This document shows, one piece after another, positions 1 to 13,500 of a DNA stretch of 64,000 nucleotides. Origin of the DNA: a virus; IMG/VR virus record IMGVR_UViG_3300045988_113959, positions 31,643 through 95,642 of that record. One strand, 5' to 3'. The stretch's first letter is position 1. Each line of letters begins with the position of its first letter. The position numbers and the translations under genes are program-made. The notes beneath the pieces are model-generated. The model made no database searches. It was not told the DNA's origin and saw nothing but the letters and a program-made list of their open reading frames with translations.

Positions 1-281
1 CAGCATTCTTTAAAGATGGTTATATTTATGTTCAAGGAACACAAGATAACAATATACTTAAGAATATATGGGTTCTAGCTATATATGAAGATGAGAATGA
101 CGATGATTGGGATAAACAAACAGAAGATGATATTAAATTACCAGCGTGGATGTTACCGCCAATAAAGCAAATGATTATGAGTAAAGAATTACCATTTATG
201 TTAGGTAGACCTAGCGATGATAGTAACAACTCTACATTAGCAAGCGTTAAACCACATGGACCACAAGACGATGAGGAATAA
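1..281 (+). CDS. 3' end of a virion-module protein (5' end lies outside the window)
   Basis: The frame starting at nt 3 is open from the window edge and ends ...KPHGPQDDEE then TAA at 279-281. It overlaps the next ATG (271), as other plus-arm junctions do. Confidence 0.6.
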   Translation, partial: AFFKDGYIYVQGTQDNNILKNIWVLAIYEDENDDDWDKQTEDDIKLPAWMLPPIKQMIMSKELPFMLGRPSDDSNNSTLASVKPHGPQDDEE

Positions 282-714
282 GAACTCAATAACATATAGA
301 GACATGTATAAAGATTTACCCATAGACGTGCCATACGACGCGTATAAGCGCATATTAAGCGAAATGGGTAATATTATACTATAGTGCGTATTAGACGGCT
401 CAGACGGCTTTAAAATGCCTTTTGGGTTAGGTTATATACAAGTTGGTAAATATAAACCTAAAACTTACACAGATAAATCATTATCTGTTGATTATAAAGC
501 CAGTAAAGATATTGGGAAACGTATATATCATTTAAATGAACACTCTGACGGGTATAAATTTAGGTTACATTGGTCAAAGATACCTCAGACATTTCCAGAT
601 AGATACAAATATCAGCTAAGTCTTGTTAGGCGTAATAAAAGAAGACTGGCTCAATTAATATTTAACAAAACAGATTATATAAATATAAATGATATACAAG
701 TATATAAAATGTGA
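271..714 (+). CDS. hypothetical virion-module protein (147 codons, 1 in-frame TAG)
   Basis: Runs from ATG 271 to TGA 712-714. The in-frame TAG at 382-384 joins a 37-codon N-terminal part to tracked ORF 415..714. There is only a weak HU/IHF-like pattern (FGLGYIQVGKYKPK), so no product is called. Confidence 0.65.
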
Positions 715-733
715 ATCAGTTATAGCTAAGATT

Positions 734-1603
734 ATGGCTGATTTAGATTCTTCTGAGGTAAGGTAGCGTACAAGTGATATTAAGGAGTGGATATTTGAAG
801 CCATAGATAAGATTGGTGCACCTATGCAGTATATCAGTAGACAGTCTGGAGCCGATGGAGTTCCTGTATATAAATTACAGGATAATTAGATTCCATTGCC
901 TTCAGACTTAGTGTATTTAGATGGGGTAGCCTATTCTACATCGGAAAATGGTCCGTGGATTCCATGTAGTACTTAGACTTCTATATTTAAGAAGTAGAAT
1001 ACTACTCAACCTAAACCTATAAAGAATGTACACTTTGAAGATAAAAACTTAGCAAAGGAAGAATAGATTACAGAAGAGCAAAGAATGTAGCATAAAATGC
1101 CAACAGTTCAAGCTCAAATAAATAGACCAAATACTGGAGGTTTCTCTGACTTGTTATATAATGACGACTTCTATGAAAAGCCAGAGTACTTTATAAAACC
1201 AGGTTGGATTGTAATGAATAAGAAGAATGGGTACATTAAACTTGCATATAAAGCAATACCTACAGATGAGAGAGGATACCCTTTAATACCAGATTTAGAA
1301 TCATACAAAGAAGCTATATACTGGTATGTTAATATGAAGTTGTCATTCCCTAAGTTTATGAAAGGATAGCTTGGTGGGAAATTAAAGAGTGCAAACATTA
1401 CTATATATAACTATATACATAATAGATGGAATTATTATAGAAATCAAGCTTATGCTGAAGCCATGATGCCAACTCCAGATGATATGTAGAATATAAAGAA
1501 TGATTGGAATAAACTTATCCCAGATTGGGATGGAGATGATACATTCTTTAATTATATAGGAAAAGAACAATTAACTTATAATGATTACTACAATGGATTC
1601 TAA
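734..1603 (+). CDS. hypothetical virion structural protein (289 codons, 8 in-frame TAG)
   Basis: Runs from ATG 734 to TAA-TAA at 1601-1606. No TAA or TGA occurs in frame. Tracked ORF 1097..1369 is an internal piece. The stop overlaps the next gene's ATG at 1593. Confidence 0.75.
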
Positions 1604-4600
1604 TAAACAACAAAACATGCAAGTTAACTCGTTTGATGGTGGTATGAATACAGATGTAGCAGACCATTTAATTAAATCAAATTAGTACAGACTTGCTAAA
1701 AACTTAAGATTTATTTAGGGTAGAGATGGTAATACTGGAGAACTTAAAAGTTTAACATTGCCAGACCATATATATGATGAAGCAAGTGGTCAACTTGGTA
1801 CTATTGTAAGTTCTTGCCAGATAAGAGATTATGGTATTTTGTTTGTATCTAAATAGAATCCAGAAGGGTAGGATTGTTTATATATATATAGGTTCGATAT
1901 TCCAAAAGATAATAGTAAGCTTGTTAATTTCGATAGTAATGCAGCAAGTTTGATATTTGGACCGTGTACTGACTTCAACTCAAAACAAATTGGATTAGAA
2001 GCTATATTTAGACAATATAGTATTGTTGGTAGAGTTGAGAATAATGATAATATGAAACTATACTTAGCTGATGGCGAACATTAGATAATGATTATTGATT
2101 TATTCCCAGACCCAAATAATATACCAACAAGTATTAAATAGATAGAATCTAATAATAATTTCATAATGTATCCTCCTAAAGTTGTTGAAGTTACATACGG
2201 TAACTTAAAAGCGGGTATGAACCAATATAGTTATCAGTTGTATAGACGTTATAAACAGGCAACTCAAGTATCACCATTAACAAAGATAATCCCAATTGTA
2301 AATAAGAAAAGTGGTAATTTGTACGATGGTGTTTTACAAGGTAATAATACCAATATGGGAATAAAGCTCAGATTTAACGTTGATAATAATATATACGATA
2401 CAATAAAGATATTTAGAGTGCATTATGATAAAATAGGAGAGCATCCAGAGATTGATATTATATACGAAGGTGATTATGATGGTACGTTTGAATATATAGA
2501 CTATGGAGGTTAGAGTTTAGGTAAGTTAACAGTCGAAGAGTATAATTCATCATCTGGTATACATATAATACCTAGAGTTATAGAAGCTAAAGATGATTAT
2601 TTATTTGCAGCTTAGATTAAAGAAAAGTCTGTTACAACTGATAAGTTTGATGATATAAACACAATATCATTAAGATTCTCTGAACAAGGTTTTGCATTTG
2701 CAGCTAATTACTCTGATAGATAGAATAAGTTAGATGGTAAAACCATAAATGATTTAAAAGCGAGCAATTGGAAGTTGTTTGATGACACTACAAGGAAAAC
2801 AGATTGTTTTAATATCATTAACGATATGAGTGACTTGTCTGTAAATACAGACGTTTATATGGAAGATATTAGAAAAAATGGAGGTTCTTCTGCATACACT
2901 TATTTATTTCAACCAAAGGATAATGGTATTATTTATTATGGTGGTGTTGGTAAGCATATAGACTGGAGATTTGTTGTAACATAGATTTCTGGAGATGGTA
3001 ATCCAGATGGAAACGAAAATACTAACTTTGATGATTCATCATCTAATATAGATGACGTTTATCTTGGACAGATAGACCCTAAGAAGATTAAGTTAAGTAA
3101 TAGTACAAAAATACCTGTTAGAAATGTTAGTCCAAATAATAATATAGGTTTTAAAAAATACTATATAAATTCTCGTGGAAATTTTGTTGATGCTGGTAAA
3201 ATAAAAGATAGTGGATTATATACTGGTGCATCTTATAATGACCCAATAGTAGCATCAAATCTAAAATCTCTAAGAAGAGGTGAGCTTTACAGATATGGTA
3301 TTATATTTACAGATAGTCTTGGCAATAAGAGTAATGTAAAATGGATTGCAGATATCAGAGTACCTGGATTATACATAAATGGATTTAATACGTTTGAAGC
3401 TGGTGGTATAAAGACAGAGCTTGGTGTTAATGTTCTTGGTGTTGAGTTTAAATTACATGATTTAGATAAATATGATATAGCTCAATATGAAATAGTTAGA
3501 TGTAATAGAACTATAAATGATATATCAATAGTATCACAAGGAGTTGTATCTAGACCTGTTAAGAGATTCTCGTTTAAAAATGATAAGAATTATCCGTACA
3601 CTCCAAACTTTATATTGTCTACAAATAAGTTTATAACATCAGTAGAACTTAATGCAAATCCATTAAATGATATACGTGAGACTAATGGAAATAGACAGTT
3701 AGGTACAAATATATTTAATGACTAGTTATATCAATTCTTATCACCAGAGTTTTCATTTACACCAACAACTGTAACGGATATAATAAAAGGTACAAATGTT
3801 AATATAAATACACTTAAATATCTATTCCCAAATTCGTCGTTTGAAAAAAGACAAGATGAATGGTTTGCTGAAAATCAAAAAAATACACTATTATAGGTAA
3901 ATCATGATGATAACAATCCTAGAGTTATAGATTCTAATGGTTTTGAAAGAAATGCTAAAATATACGATAACTATTCTGGTTATAGTATATTTAAATTCGC
4001 ATACGATTTAAGAATAAGCAAAACTGGTGGTGGTGGAGCACCTGATTACATGGATGATGTTAATAAGGTTGTTGATAAATTAAAAACATCTAAACTTGTT
4101 TTTAAATATTATAATCAATCATCAGTTGTAACAATGCTTCCACATAGAAAAGGATTTGTTGATAACATAACATATAAACTTAATGATAAATTATATACAT
4201 ACGGTACTGTTATGTATACCTCTGATAACATATGTGAAATAAAAAACCTTAAATTTGTAAAAGGAGAGAAGTGGAATGATTTTGGAACATTAGATTCTAA
4301 AGGCAACCCATCTTTAAAATATATAGATTAGATAAATATTGTAGGAACTTATCAATTCTGCAATTGGGTTATGGGTGGTATATATGGACTTAGTGTGAGT
4401 GAGATGAATGCATGGTTTGAAAAACACGGCGATGTAGACTATGTGTACCAATCTTTAGTAGGTCCTGGTTCATCTGGATTATTAATATAGTTGAATAACA
4501 AATGGAAACATTCTGACTCATCTCAACTAAATTCAGAGATATATCAATTAACAGATACTATTGGTTCTAAGGTTATACAAGCTGTAGTTTATAATGATGA

Positions 4601-6257
4601 TGGTAGTATTATGCCTGGATTACGCCGATTAGGGTATAATAGTGAAACTATAGGTAAGCCAGTTAATGATTACGTTATAAACGCACCAAAGTTTGCTAAT
4701 ACATACTTTAGTTATGATGCTACGTATGGACCTGAGAATGAAAATAACATATATTCATTTACAACACAAGGTACTTATTTATGCAATATAGTTAAAGAGT
4801 GTATTCCTTACGGAGGTTATGAAAAGAATAGTATAGAAAATAGTTTATACTATAGCTATTCAGATGTTTATAAGTACAATAAAGGTGCTGAGAATGTAGC
4901 AGAAGTATTTAATGGAGATACTTATATATGTCCATTTGAATATGTATCATTACATAAGTTTGAGTTTAAAGGATTACACGGACCATTAACAACAACTATA
5001 GTTAATTATATACCAGTTGAGACTAGTATAAATCTAATGTATACATCTGGAACTCAATTTATTAACAATGATTCTGGAGATAATATATCTTGGATTCAAG
5101 AAGAGTCTGGTAGAATATTAAATCATCCAGCTCAAGATAAACCTCAATTTGTATATAATACAGCATATAGTTCAGACTACAAACTACAGATAAATACTAT
5201 TAAGTCATCTTTATTAAACAAGAATGATGAGTATTTCGATTATAGATGTAGATATTCAAATAAGAAGGAAAATGGAGAACTACAAGATTCTTGGACAACG
5301 TTCTTAGCTGCAAACTATATAGACGTATCTCCAGATTACGGAAAGATAACAGAGCTTAAGACTTTTAAGAATAGTTTGGTATTCTTTCAAGAGAGAGCAT
5401 TTGGATTACTGTCTGTAAATGAAAGAACAACGTTAACAGATAATAATAGTAATTAGCTATTACTTGGTTCAGGAGGAGTTCTTGATAGATATGATTATAT
5501 ATCAACTACAAATGGAATGGAAGATGGTAACTTTTCAGACCTCGTTACTAACACAGCTTTATACTGGATAGACTACGATAATAAAGAATATTGCCAGTAT
5601 TCTGGCGGTAATTCTTATAGTATAATATCTAGAATCAAAGGTGTTCAAAAAGCAACAGAGGAAGGTATGTACGACGTTAGACTAGAAGCACCAAAACCAA
5701 AGAAAATATTATACAATTCAAAGTATAATGAAGTTATGTTTTGGAATGGAGATAGTAGAGTTCTTGTTTATAATGATGAGACTCAATTGTTTCATTCTGT
5801 ATATACAATATCTGCAAACGTTGATAGTATTAACTACTTTGATAGGAATATCATAGTTAATGGTAATGATAGTTTGGTAGAGTTTGATAAAAGTGGTAAT
5901 ATTAGACATAACGACAACACTAACACTATTAAAGAATTCTAGCTAAAGTATGTAATTAATGAGTATTATCAATAGGTTAAAGTATTTGATAATATAATAT
6001 TTAATGGTAGTCTAGAATTTAAAGATAACATAAAAGAAACATTCGCAACTCAAGGTTAGGTATCTAATGAATTAACTCCTGAATATATATCATAGAGATA
6101 TTATGATTATAGAGCTGCAATTCCTAGAGCTTCTAATGCAGGCTTATATGGAAATAGAATGAGAGGTAAGTCTATGGAATGTGATATTAAAAATAACATA
6201 GCTGATAATATTATTATACAATATATAACAACTAAATATAGAGCTTTATGGAGTTAA
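1593..6257 (+). CDS. large tail/virion structural protein (1,554 codons, 19 in-frame TAG)
   Basis: I walked 1593-2166, 2982-4050 and 5940-6257 codon by codon and read the other gaps by eye, finding no TAA or TGA. Tracked ORFs 2166, 2775, 4050, 4491 and 5517 share this frame. The 2985-4049 stretch has no in-frame ATG yet stays open. Ends at TAA 6255-6257. Confidence 0.8.
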
Positions 6258-8425
6258 ATTATAGAAGAAGAATGAGAATGCCTATATAGTATCTTCCTGG
6301 ATTTGCATATGGCACATCATATTTACCATGGTACGCATCAAGGCGTAATATGTATGGAGATACAAATGATTATTACAATATAGATGGATAGTATAGACCA
6401 TTAAATGGAAGAAACTCTAATATTAAAGGCGTTGTTGGTAAATTAGGAGATAACGCCAGTAATATTATGTCTTCAGGAATACAATTCGCTGGAGATTTGG
6501 GTAATGCATTTGGTGGCGTTAAGAGTGTAAATGATATACTTGACGAAACTGGAACATCGTATTCAAATGGTATAGGTTTTGGGTATCAGAGAATAAATGA
6601 TATAGATAGAGGGGCTTAGCTAACAGAACTTAGAAGATAGAGTCAAAATAATACAATGAAGACTGTTGGGTCTGGAGCTGCATTGGGTTCAACTATTGGA
6701 AGTGTTGCTGGACCAGTTGGAGGATTGATTGGTGGTGCCGTAGGTGCTTTAGGAGGTCTTATAGGTGGTTTATTTGGTGGTGCTAAAAGAAAGCGTAAAA
6801 TGCTTAGAAGATTAGAACTGGCAAAAAAAGACGCAGAAGCAACAAATAACTATAATCAGAGTTCATCACAATCTGACTATATGATTAATGATTATTATAA
6901 TACAAACGGTACAACTCAAGATGATGTATTGTACGCTAAGCGTGGTAAGGATAAAGGTTATTCTGCTAATGGTATTAATACAAAAACCAATGTGTACACA
7001 TCACAAGGAAAAGTTAATACTACACCTAATGCTAGAGTTGCTGCTGGAGAAAGTATTATAGATAATATAAATGATACAAGTAAAACAACTGGACATGTTG
7101 TTAAAGATGGTAAGTTAGGACAAGATACAAATCTAGCAAACTTAAACGATAGTACAATTGTTCTAGGTCAAGATATAGATTGGAGAAATGGAATGACATT
7201 TAGAGACCAATCTTTACCATACACACAAGCACTTGAAAAGATTAATAAGAAGTATGAAAATAGAACAAATAGTTCTATAAATAAACTTAGAGGAACTATA
7301 GGTAAACAGAGTGATGAGCTACAACAGCAACAAGTAAATAAATTAAAAGAACCTATCGTTCAAAAACTTAAAGATTTATCAGAGCAACAAGCTCTTCAAC
7401 ATAGTCAACAAGAAATGCAAAATAACTATAATATGCCTGGATATGCAAAAGGTAAGAATAATACGTATGGTTATATAGAACCAATGAGCTGGTATAGTAA
7501 TGCTGTACCGATGGGTCTTGGAATGCTTACAAGTCTTGGTCAATATTTTGATGCAAGAGGTTAGAAGATACACACTCCTGATGTATACGCTGGTAACCCA
7601 TACGAAACTGCTGCATTGAACGAAATGTCAAAGCTGAACGTAAACCCATATAAAGCAATACAAGACGTATATAAACAAGATAGAATTAATAGATATGCAA
7701 TCAATAGAGCTGGTGGTTTAAGTGGTTCTCAGAAGTATTTAGCTAATGTTGCTATGGGATTAGGTACTCAAAGTAATATAGCAGATGTGATACAAAAAGC
7801 ACAAGAAGTTAATAATCAGTATAGAGGTAAGTGGGCTGAAGCCGCACTTAATGCTGGTAATGCATTAGCTCAACGTAGACAACAAGCTAATCAGTATAAC
7901 ACAGAATACGCATCACAAGCACACGCAGCAAGACAACAAGGTATGCAAATGGGTATCCGTAACTTTATGGATTACTTACAGCAATACGCAGCAAATGAAT
8001 ATAAGCGTAAGACTGGTAACGGAATGCTTGGATTATATCAGCAACAAGTAGATTTAGATAGAGATAAGTTTAATGCTGGCAACAACGGTGATAATATACC
8101 TGATAATAATGATAGACCATTCTCTTATTCAAAGTATTATAACTTTATGAATGGTATTAATAGCAACAATAGTCCTTATAAATTTGTACCAACAATGAGT
8201 TTAAATACTGGTGCTAATAATAGTATTTTTGGACAAAAGGAGCCTACTAAACTTATGACATACATTAAGAACTACAATCCTAATAGTAATAAAACAACTA
8301 AAATAAAACCTGGCACTGTAAGACCAACTGGAGTTACAAATGATGTAGTTATACCTTATGCAACATACGTTCCACAGTATATTGATTTTACAAACCCAGA
8401 CCCAAGATGGTTAAATTGGCAATAA
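6248..8425 (+). CDS. virion internal/ejection-type protein with glycine-zipper segment (725 codons, 5 in-frame TAG)
   Basis: ATG 6248 overlaps the upstream stop. Tracked ORFs 6656..7564 and 7616..8425 are in the same frame, joined across TAG 7562. Contains GAALGSTIGSVAGPVGGLIGGAVGALGGLIGGLFGG followed by KRKRK. Ends at TAA 8423-8425. Confidence 0.8.
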
Positions 8426-8436
8426 TTATTTAAAAT

Positions 8437-10524
8437 ATGGTTTACTCGAGAGATTAGTGGGTCCAGCTCCCAGTTAGAGATTTATACGATTCTCAGATAA
8501 TGCTGGCATCTATAAACGCTGCAAGAGATATGTATCAGCGAGGTGTAGATGAAATGAAGGAATTTAAAAGGGAGTATGGAGATTTCTATAGTCCTATACA
8601 GAAAGATATGGATTGGTATACAACCAATGTTACTTAGGGTATGAGAGATACCATAGAAGACTTATATGCTAGAGGAATCGACCCACTTAGGTCTGCCGAA
8701 GGTAGAGCCATTATATCAAGGAGAATTAACAATGCTCCTATTGGGGAAATAAATAAATTAAAGATGGCTTCTAAAACAGCTCAAGAATATCTCAAAAATA
8801 GGGGTGTTCTTGAAGCTCAAGGTAGGTATAATAAAGACTATGAAGACTTTGTCAATGGTGGTAAGACTATTGAAGATTGGGATACTCTTAGAGATGGTAT
8901 TTGGACAAGACAAGCTCCATCATAGTTTATGACATTAAAAGAAGCTACAGAGAACTGGTATAATAATAGAACACCACATTCACTTACACAAAAAGAAGTT
9001 GAAGGTTTTGGCGTTAAATACGATAAAAGATATAATTATACAGGATTTACAAAGGACGATTTACTTGGCATTGCAGCTAAAAATACTCCAGGTTGGAACG
9101 GTTCTCAAATAGCTGACTACTATAGAAATGTAGCAAAGAACTAGTTATTATCAGAAGGTATTGAAAAGCCAACCAATTAGCAAATAGAATACAGATTGTA
9201 GCAGAATGTCGCTGCCGCTAATGACGAGTATAAGATTAAACCTATAGAACAGGTTAATCAGTATGCAATGCTCGATAAGCAACAAGCATATCAAACACAA
9301 GCTCGTAGAGAAGGCTTTGCTCACGATAGGGAAATGGCAGCATTTAATGCAGCTAAACAGAGAGAGATGGCATATCTACAATGGAGGTTATCAAATTCTA
9401 CTCCAGATGGAAATGGTAATCCTGCACTTAAGAACCAACAACAGCAACCAATTCCTCTTTCATTTACAGAATAGCTTATAGAGTCTGCAAATAGAAAGAA
9501 GACTGATAATATAGCTGGTCCAAAGAACTTCCAAGCAAATACTAAGAAGATATCAGATTATTGGTTAGGTAAGGCTTATAGTGTATTAAGTAAAGCCGAC
9601 AGTAATGGAGATGGTAAACTATCTAAGGACGAACAAGCAAACTGGAAAGTTAGATATAGTCGTTTATCTCCATATCAAAAGAAACTTTACGATAATGCGA
9701 TACATCATAGAAATTGGTGGAATAAAGTTTCAGCTGAAGGTTATGGTAACGCTGCCAAAAACGGACTTATAGATAAGTTTGGTAATGTAACAAGTAGATT
9801 TACTAACGCTATGGCTTATTCTGATAAGAATACTGGTAATAATGGTTATAGTGATAATGAAAGAAATAGAATAAACTCTAAATACTATAACAATGTATTT
9901 ACAGATATCAATGAAGAAGGTAGAAAACAAATAATAAATCTTCTTACAGGAGGAAATGAAGAAAATTATGTAATAGATGAGAAAAAATCTAAGTTTGGAA
10001 AGAAACATCCTGTATTAAACTTTTCAGAAAGTGGAGTTTGGTTTGGAAATTATAGAGCGCATAATGCGTCTACTGGAAGAGATTTAACAAATGGTAGTAT
10101 AAGTAAAACATTCCAAAATTTCCTCAAGAGAAACAAGGTAAAAGGCTGGGTTGTTAGTAAAAATGGAATCGGTGTAACAACTGTTCCAAATAGAGGTAAG
10201 GGTCAATCCTTGGATATTTTAGCAAATGTTTCAGTACCATATAGTGTGCTTGAAAGGTATGCAAATTCTATAGGAGTTGGCTCTTCTAATATTCCTCAAT
10301 TGATAAGGAGTTTAGGTTTAAGAATGATGAATGTTAATGGTGATACTATAGATAAGAAAGAAGATAATACGTTTGTAGAAATACCAGTATCTAAGCAGAT
10401 AGATAACAATGGCGGTCAAGGTTATGGACAAGTAGACACTTCTTATGATAAGAGTTTATTTGGCGGAAAAGAAGCCGCAGCAAGAGAAATACAAAGACAA
10501 TATAAATCTTCATAGACAAGATGA
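8437..10524 (+). CDS. virion protein with an EF-hand-like loop (695 codons, 8 in-frame TAG)
   Basis: Runs from ATG 8437. Tracked ORFs 8641, 8929, 9268 and 9811 are all in this frame, separated only by TAG. After TAG 10513 the frame continues three codons to TGA 10522-10524, forming an ATGA overlap with the next start. Confidence 0.8.
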
Positions 10525-13500
10525 TTAATATGAGATATAAGAGTTTTAATAATGGTAGTAAAAATAAAACTTCATATACAACTCCTAGTGCAAACGCATG
10601 GTTAGCCAGTTTTGAGCAAAATAAAGCCGCTCAAAACCAGGCTTTCTCTGCGCCTTATAATAGTGGTATATATAAAGGAGACGCTACTTCCATTTACAAT
10701 GCTCCCGCTACGTATAGTTATGTGGACAACGGAGCAAGCATAGAGCAAGATTCATGGCTCGACAAAGCAAAAAGCTTTATTGATAATTTAAATTCATCAA
10801 CATTAGCTCTTACTGTTGGTATGGCTATTGGTGATGTTGGTTTTAAAAACACAGCGAGGGCGTTTACACAAAAAATGCTCGAAACTTCATCTAGTGACGA
10901 TTTAGCTAAAATAGATGATTATCAGCAAGGTCTTAATGATATATAGCTCGTTGAAGAGTATAGTAAATTTCAAAATGACAAAAGTAAGCTCGAAGCACTT
11001 ATGAATTACCATATAAAATCTGGTGGTAGTACGAGTGATATAGAATATCAAACACTTAAAGTTCAATATGATGAAGCTAATAAGCAAATAAAGAGTCTTG
11101 ATGATTATTTTACAGGAGAAGGTAGAAATCATCAAGTTGTCAGAAAACTTATGTACAATCTTGACAATGTATCAACTTCTGATAAAATTAAAGCAAACGC
11201 ATCTTATATATTTCAAAACTTAGGTGGAAATGATAAATGGTATGATGGTCCGATTCAATTATTAAACCTTGGTAAAAACATTCTAAATTACGGAGCTAAT
11301 TATTTAGGGAAGCTTGGAAATGCTACAGGATTAACTAATAATTCATATTACAATACAGCTATAACAGAGCAAGCAATCATGAACTCTGATTCATTCTTAA
11401 ATCTTTACAAGAAAAATCAAAAACAATACGACGTAAAGAAAGCTCAGGAATGGAAGAAGTATTTTAAAGATATGATTGCAGAAAAAACCGTAGAATATGA
11501 ACAAGATAAATATGCTGCAAGAACTGGTAATGTAACACTTGGTTAGATGGCTAGTGCTATTCCTGTTATAAGTATGTTATATGATGGAAGTGTGAGTAAT
11601 TCTCTAAACCTAAAAAGAAATGCTTTAAAAAATAAAGATAATTGGGCTAATGGAACTATAAAACTTTATAATCCAGAAGATATTCCAGAATCATTTAAAC
11701 AAGGTGTAGATAAGTTTGGTGAAAACTGGTATGATTTTATTATACATCCCCAATATGCTGCTGTACAATCTGCATCTAGCGTTGCTATGATGAAACATAC
11801 TCTTAATGCTCAAGGTGTAGATGCGTTATTAATGTTTGCTGCTAAAAAACTTCCAGTTATAGGTTGGGCTGCAACTGGAGCATCTGTTGCTAATAGTATT
11901 AATTCTGCGGTTAAACAGCGCGAGCAAGAAACTGGAATGGAAAAGATTCAAGGTCTTGGTACAAGAGTATTCTCTGAACTTGCCGCTACAGATGAAAGAA
12001 ATATAAGTAATGTTATATCTGAAATTAAAGATTATGCAAGAAGAAATAATCTTGATACAACAGATATGACTCCTCAAGAACTTATAGAGATGGGTGTTGC
12101 TTTTAATGTACAAACAGACAACTCAGCATTTGAACAAATTAAAAAAGATGCAAGAAAGGGTATAAATAAACTTGTTAATGCGAATAACGCATTAGCTTTG
12201 ATGGATTATGCTCAACAAATGCCATTCTATTCATTCGGTGGTAAAGCTTTAAATAAATTTGCTAAAGCTGTTATTAATAGTAGAGCTAATCAAGCTATAG
12301 CTAAATTTTTAAGCCCTTCTTTACGAGCAGCATCATCTAAGCTATCACAACCAGTAATGGAAGAACTTGTTGGCGTTCAAGATTATTTACCTACATTTAA
12401 TGGTATCTTTAATGCTGCTACAGATAAAATAGCAAATAGATTTATAAAGAAAGAAGCAGCTTCTGCAGAGTAGTTTGCAAGCAATATGACAAAAGGTCTT
12501 TATACAAAGTCTTTAGGTAATTATTTAAAAAATAAAAGCAAACTTTTACTCGCAGAGGGTATTTCTGAAGGAATTGAAGAAGGTCAACAGCAGATATTAC
12601 AAGATAGATACGCAAGAGGACTTTATGACGAATACGGAAAAGATGCTAATATATTAGATATAGATGAAGTATTTGGCAATGTAGGTCTCGCTGGCGAATC
12701 TGTTCTTGCTTATTTTGGTTTAAGACCATTTGATAAGAACTTGAATACTGATGAGATTAGGAAGGCTATGAATATAGGTTTTGCTTCATCTATTATACAA
12801 AGTGGAGTTCAGCATTCGCTTAAAAATGTATTACCATCTAAGTTTAGAAATGGTGATAGTTTTAGAGATTTTGTACAACAAGTAAAATCAGACAGAACTG
12901 TAACAAGCCTTATAGGTAAACATTTTGAAGACCTTGACGACCAGTCTCATCTTGAATTATTTTATAATGCATTTAGAAGCGGAATTACTGATAAACAGCT
13001 TATAACATCTATGAATAGACTTAAGGGTTAGCTTGATGAAAGTAATCCCTTTATAAGAAAGTCTAATATGGATGCTGATATATAGTTAATGCAAAACGCA
13101 TATAATTTATATAACAATAAAGAAATCAGAAAGACTTTAAACGAAGCTGGTATTGAAACTTTTAGTGATAAATATAAAAACTTCGTAATAACTGGAGCTA
13201 AGAGAATAACAGACTATCAGATGAGTAATGATGCTGCTAATCAAAATGCAATAGAAGTTGATAGGCTTAATCATGAAAGAGCTAATATTGTAGATATGCT
13301 ATTTGAAGGAACTTTGTCAGATGATGAAATAAATAAGATTCAAAGTGAAAATCCTAAGCTTGCGAAAACAATTAAAAAACTTAGTGATGAATATGAATCT
13401 ACTAAAGAGTCTATAGATAAGAAGCGTAAAGATGATTTTAATTTATTTACCAAAGAACTAAGTAACTTTGACTCGTTTAAAAACAATAAACATATAAGAG

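Noticed and set aside
32-334. Minus-strand ORF 32..334 at the left edge
   Set aside because: It is antisense to two overlapping plus-strand genes and has S/L/C-rich low complexity.
8641-9144. Treating the many 60-540-aa plus-strand ORFs (for example 8641..8925 and 8929..9144) as separate small genes
   Set aside because: They are in the same frame and separated by single TAG codons with no spacing, start context or frame change. Merging them gives eight tightly packed genes with normal TAA or TGA ends.
9263-9481. ORF 9263..9481 (and 31171..31383) in an alternative plus-strand frame
   Set aside because: They overlap the continuous recoded frame of a much longer gene and are out-of-frame shadows.
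712-10524. Additional TGA (opal) recoding
   Set aside because: TGA closes the 271..714 gene at 712-714 and the 8437..10524 gene at 10522-10524, the latter with an ATGA overlap. It also ends several early-arm genes. I saw no in-frame TGA in the recoded genes.
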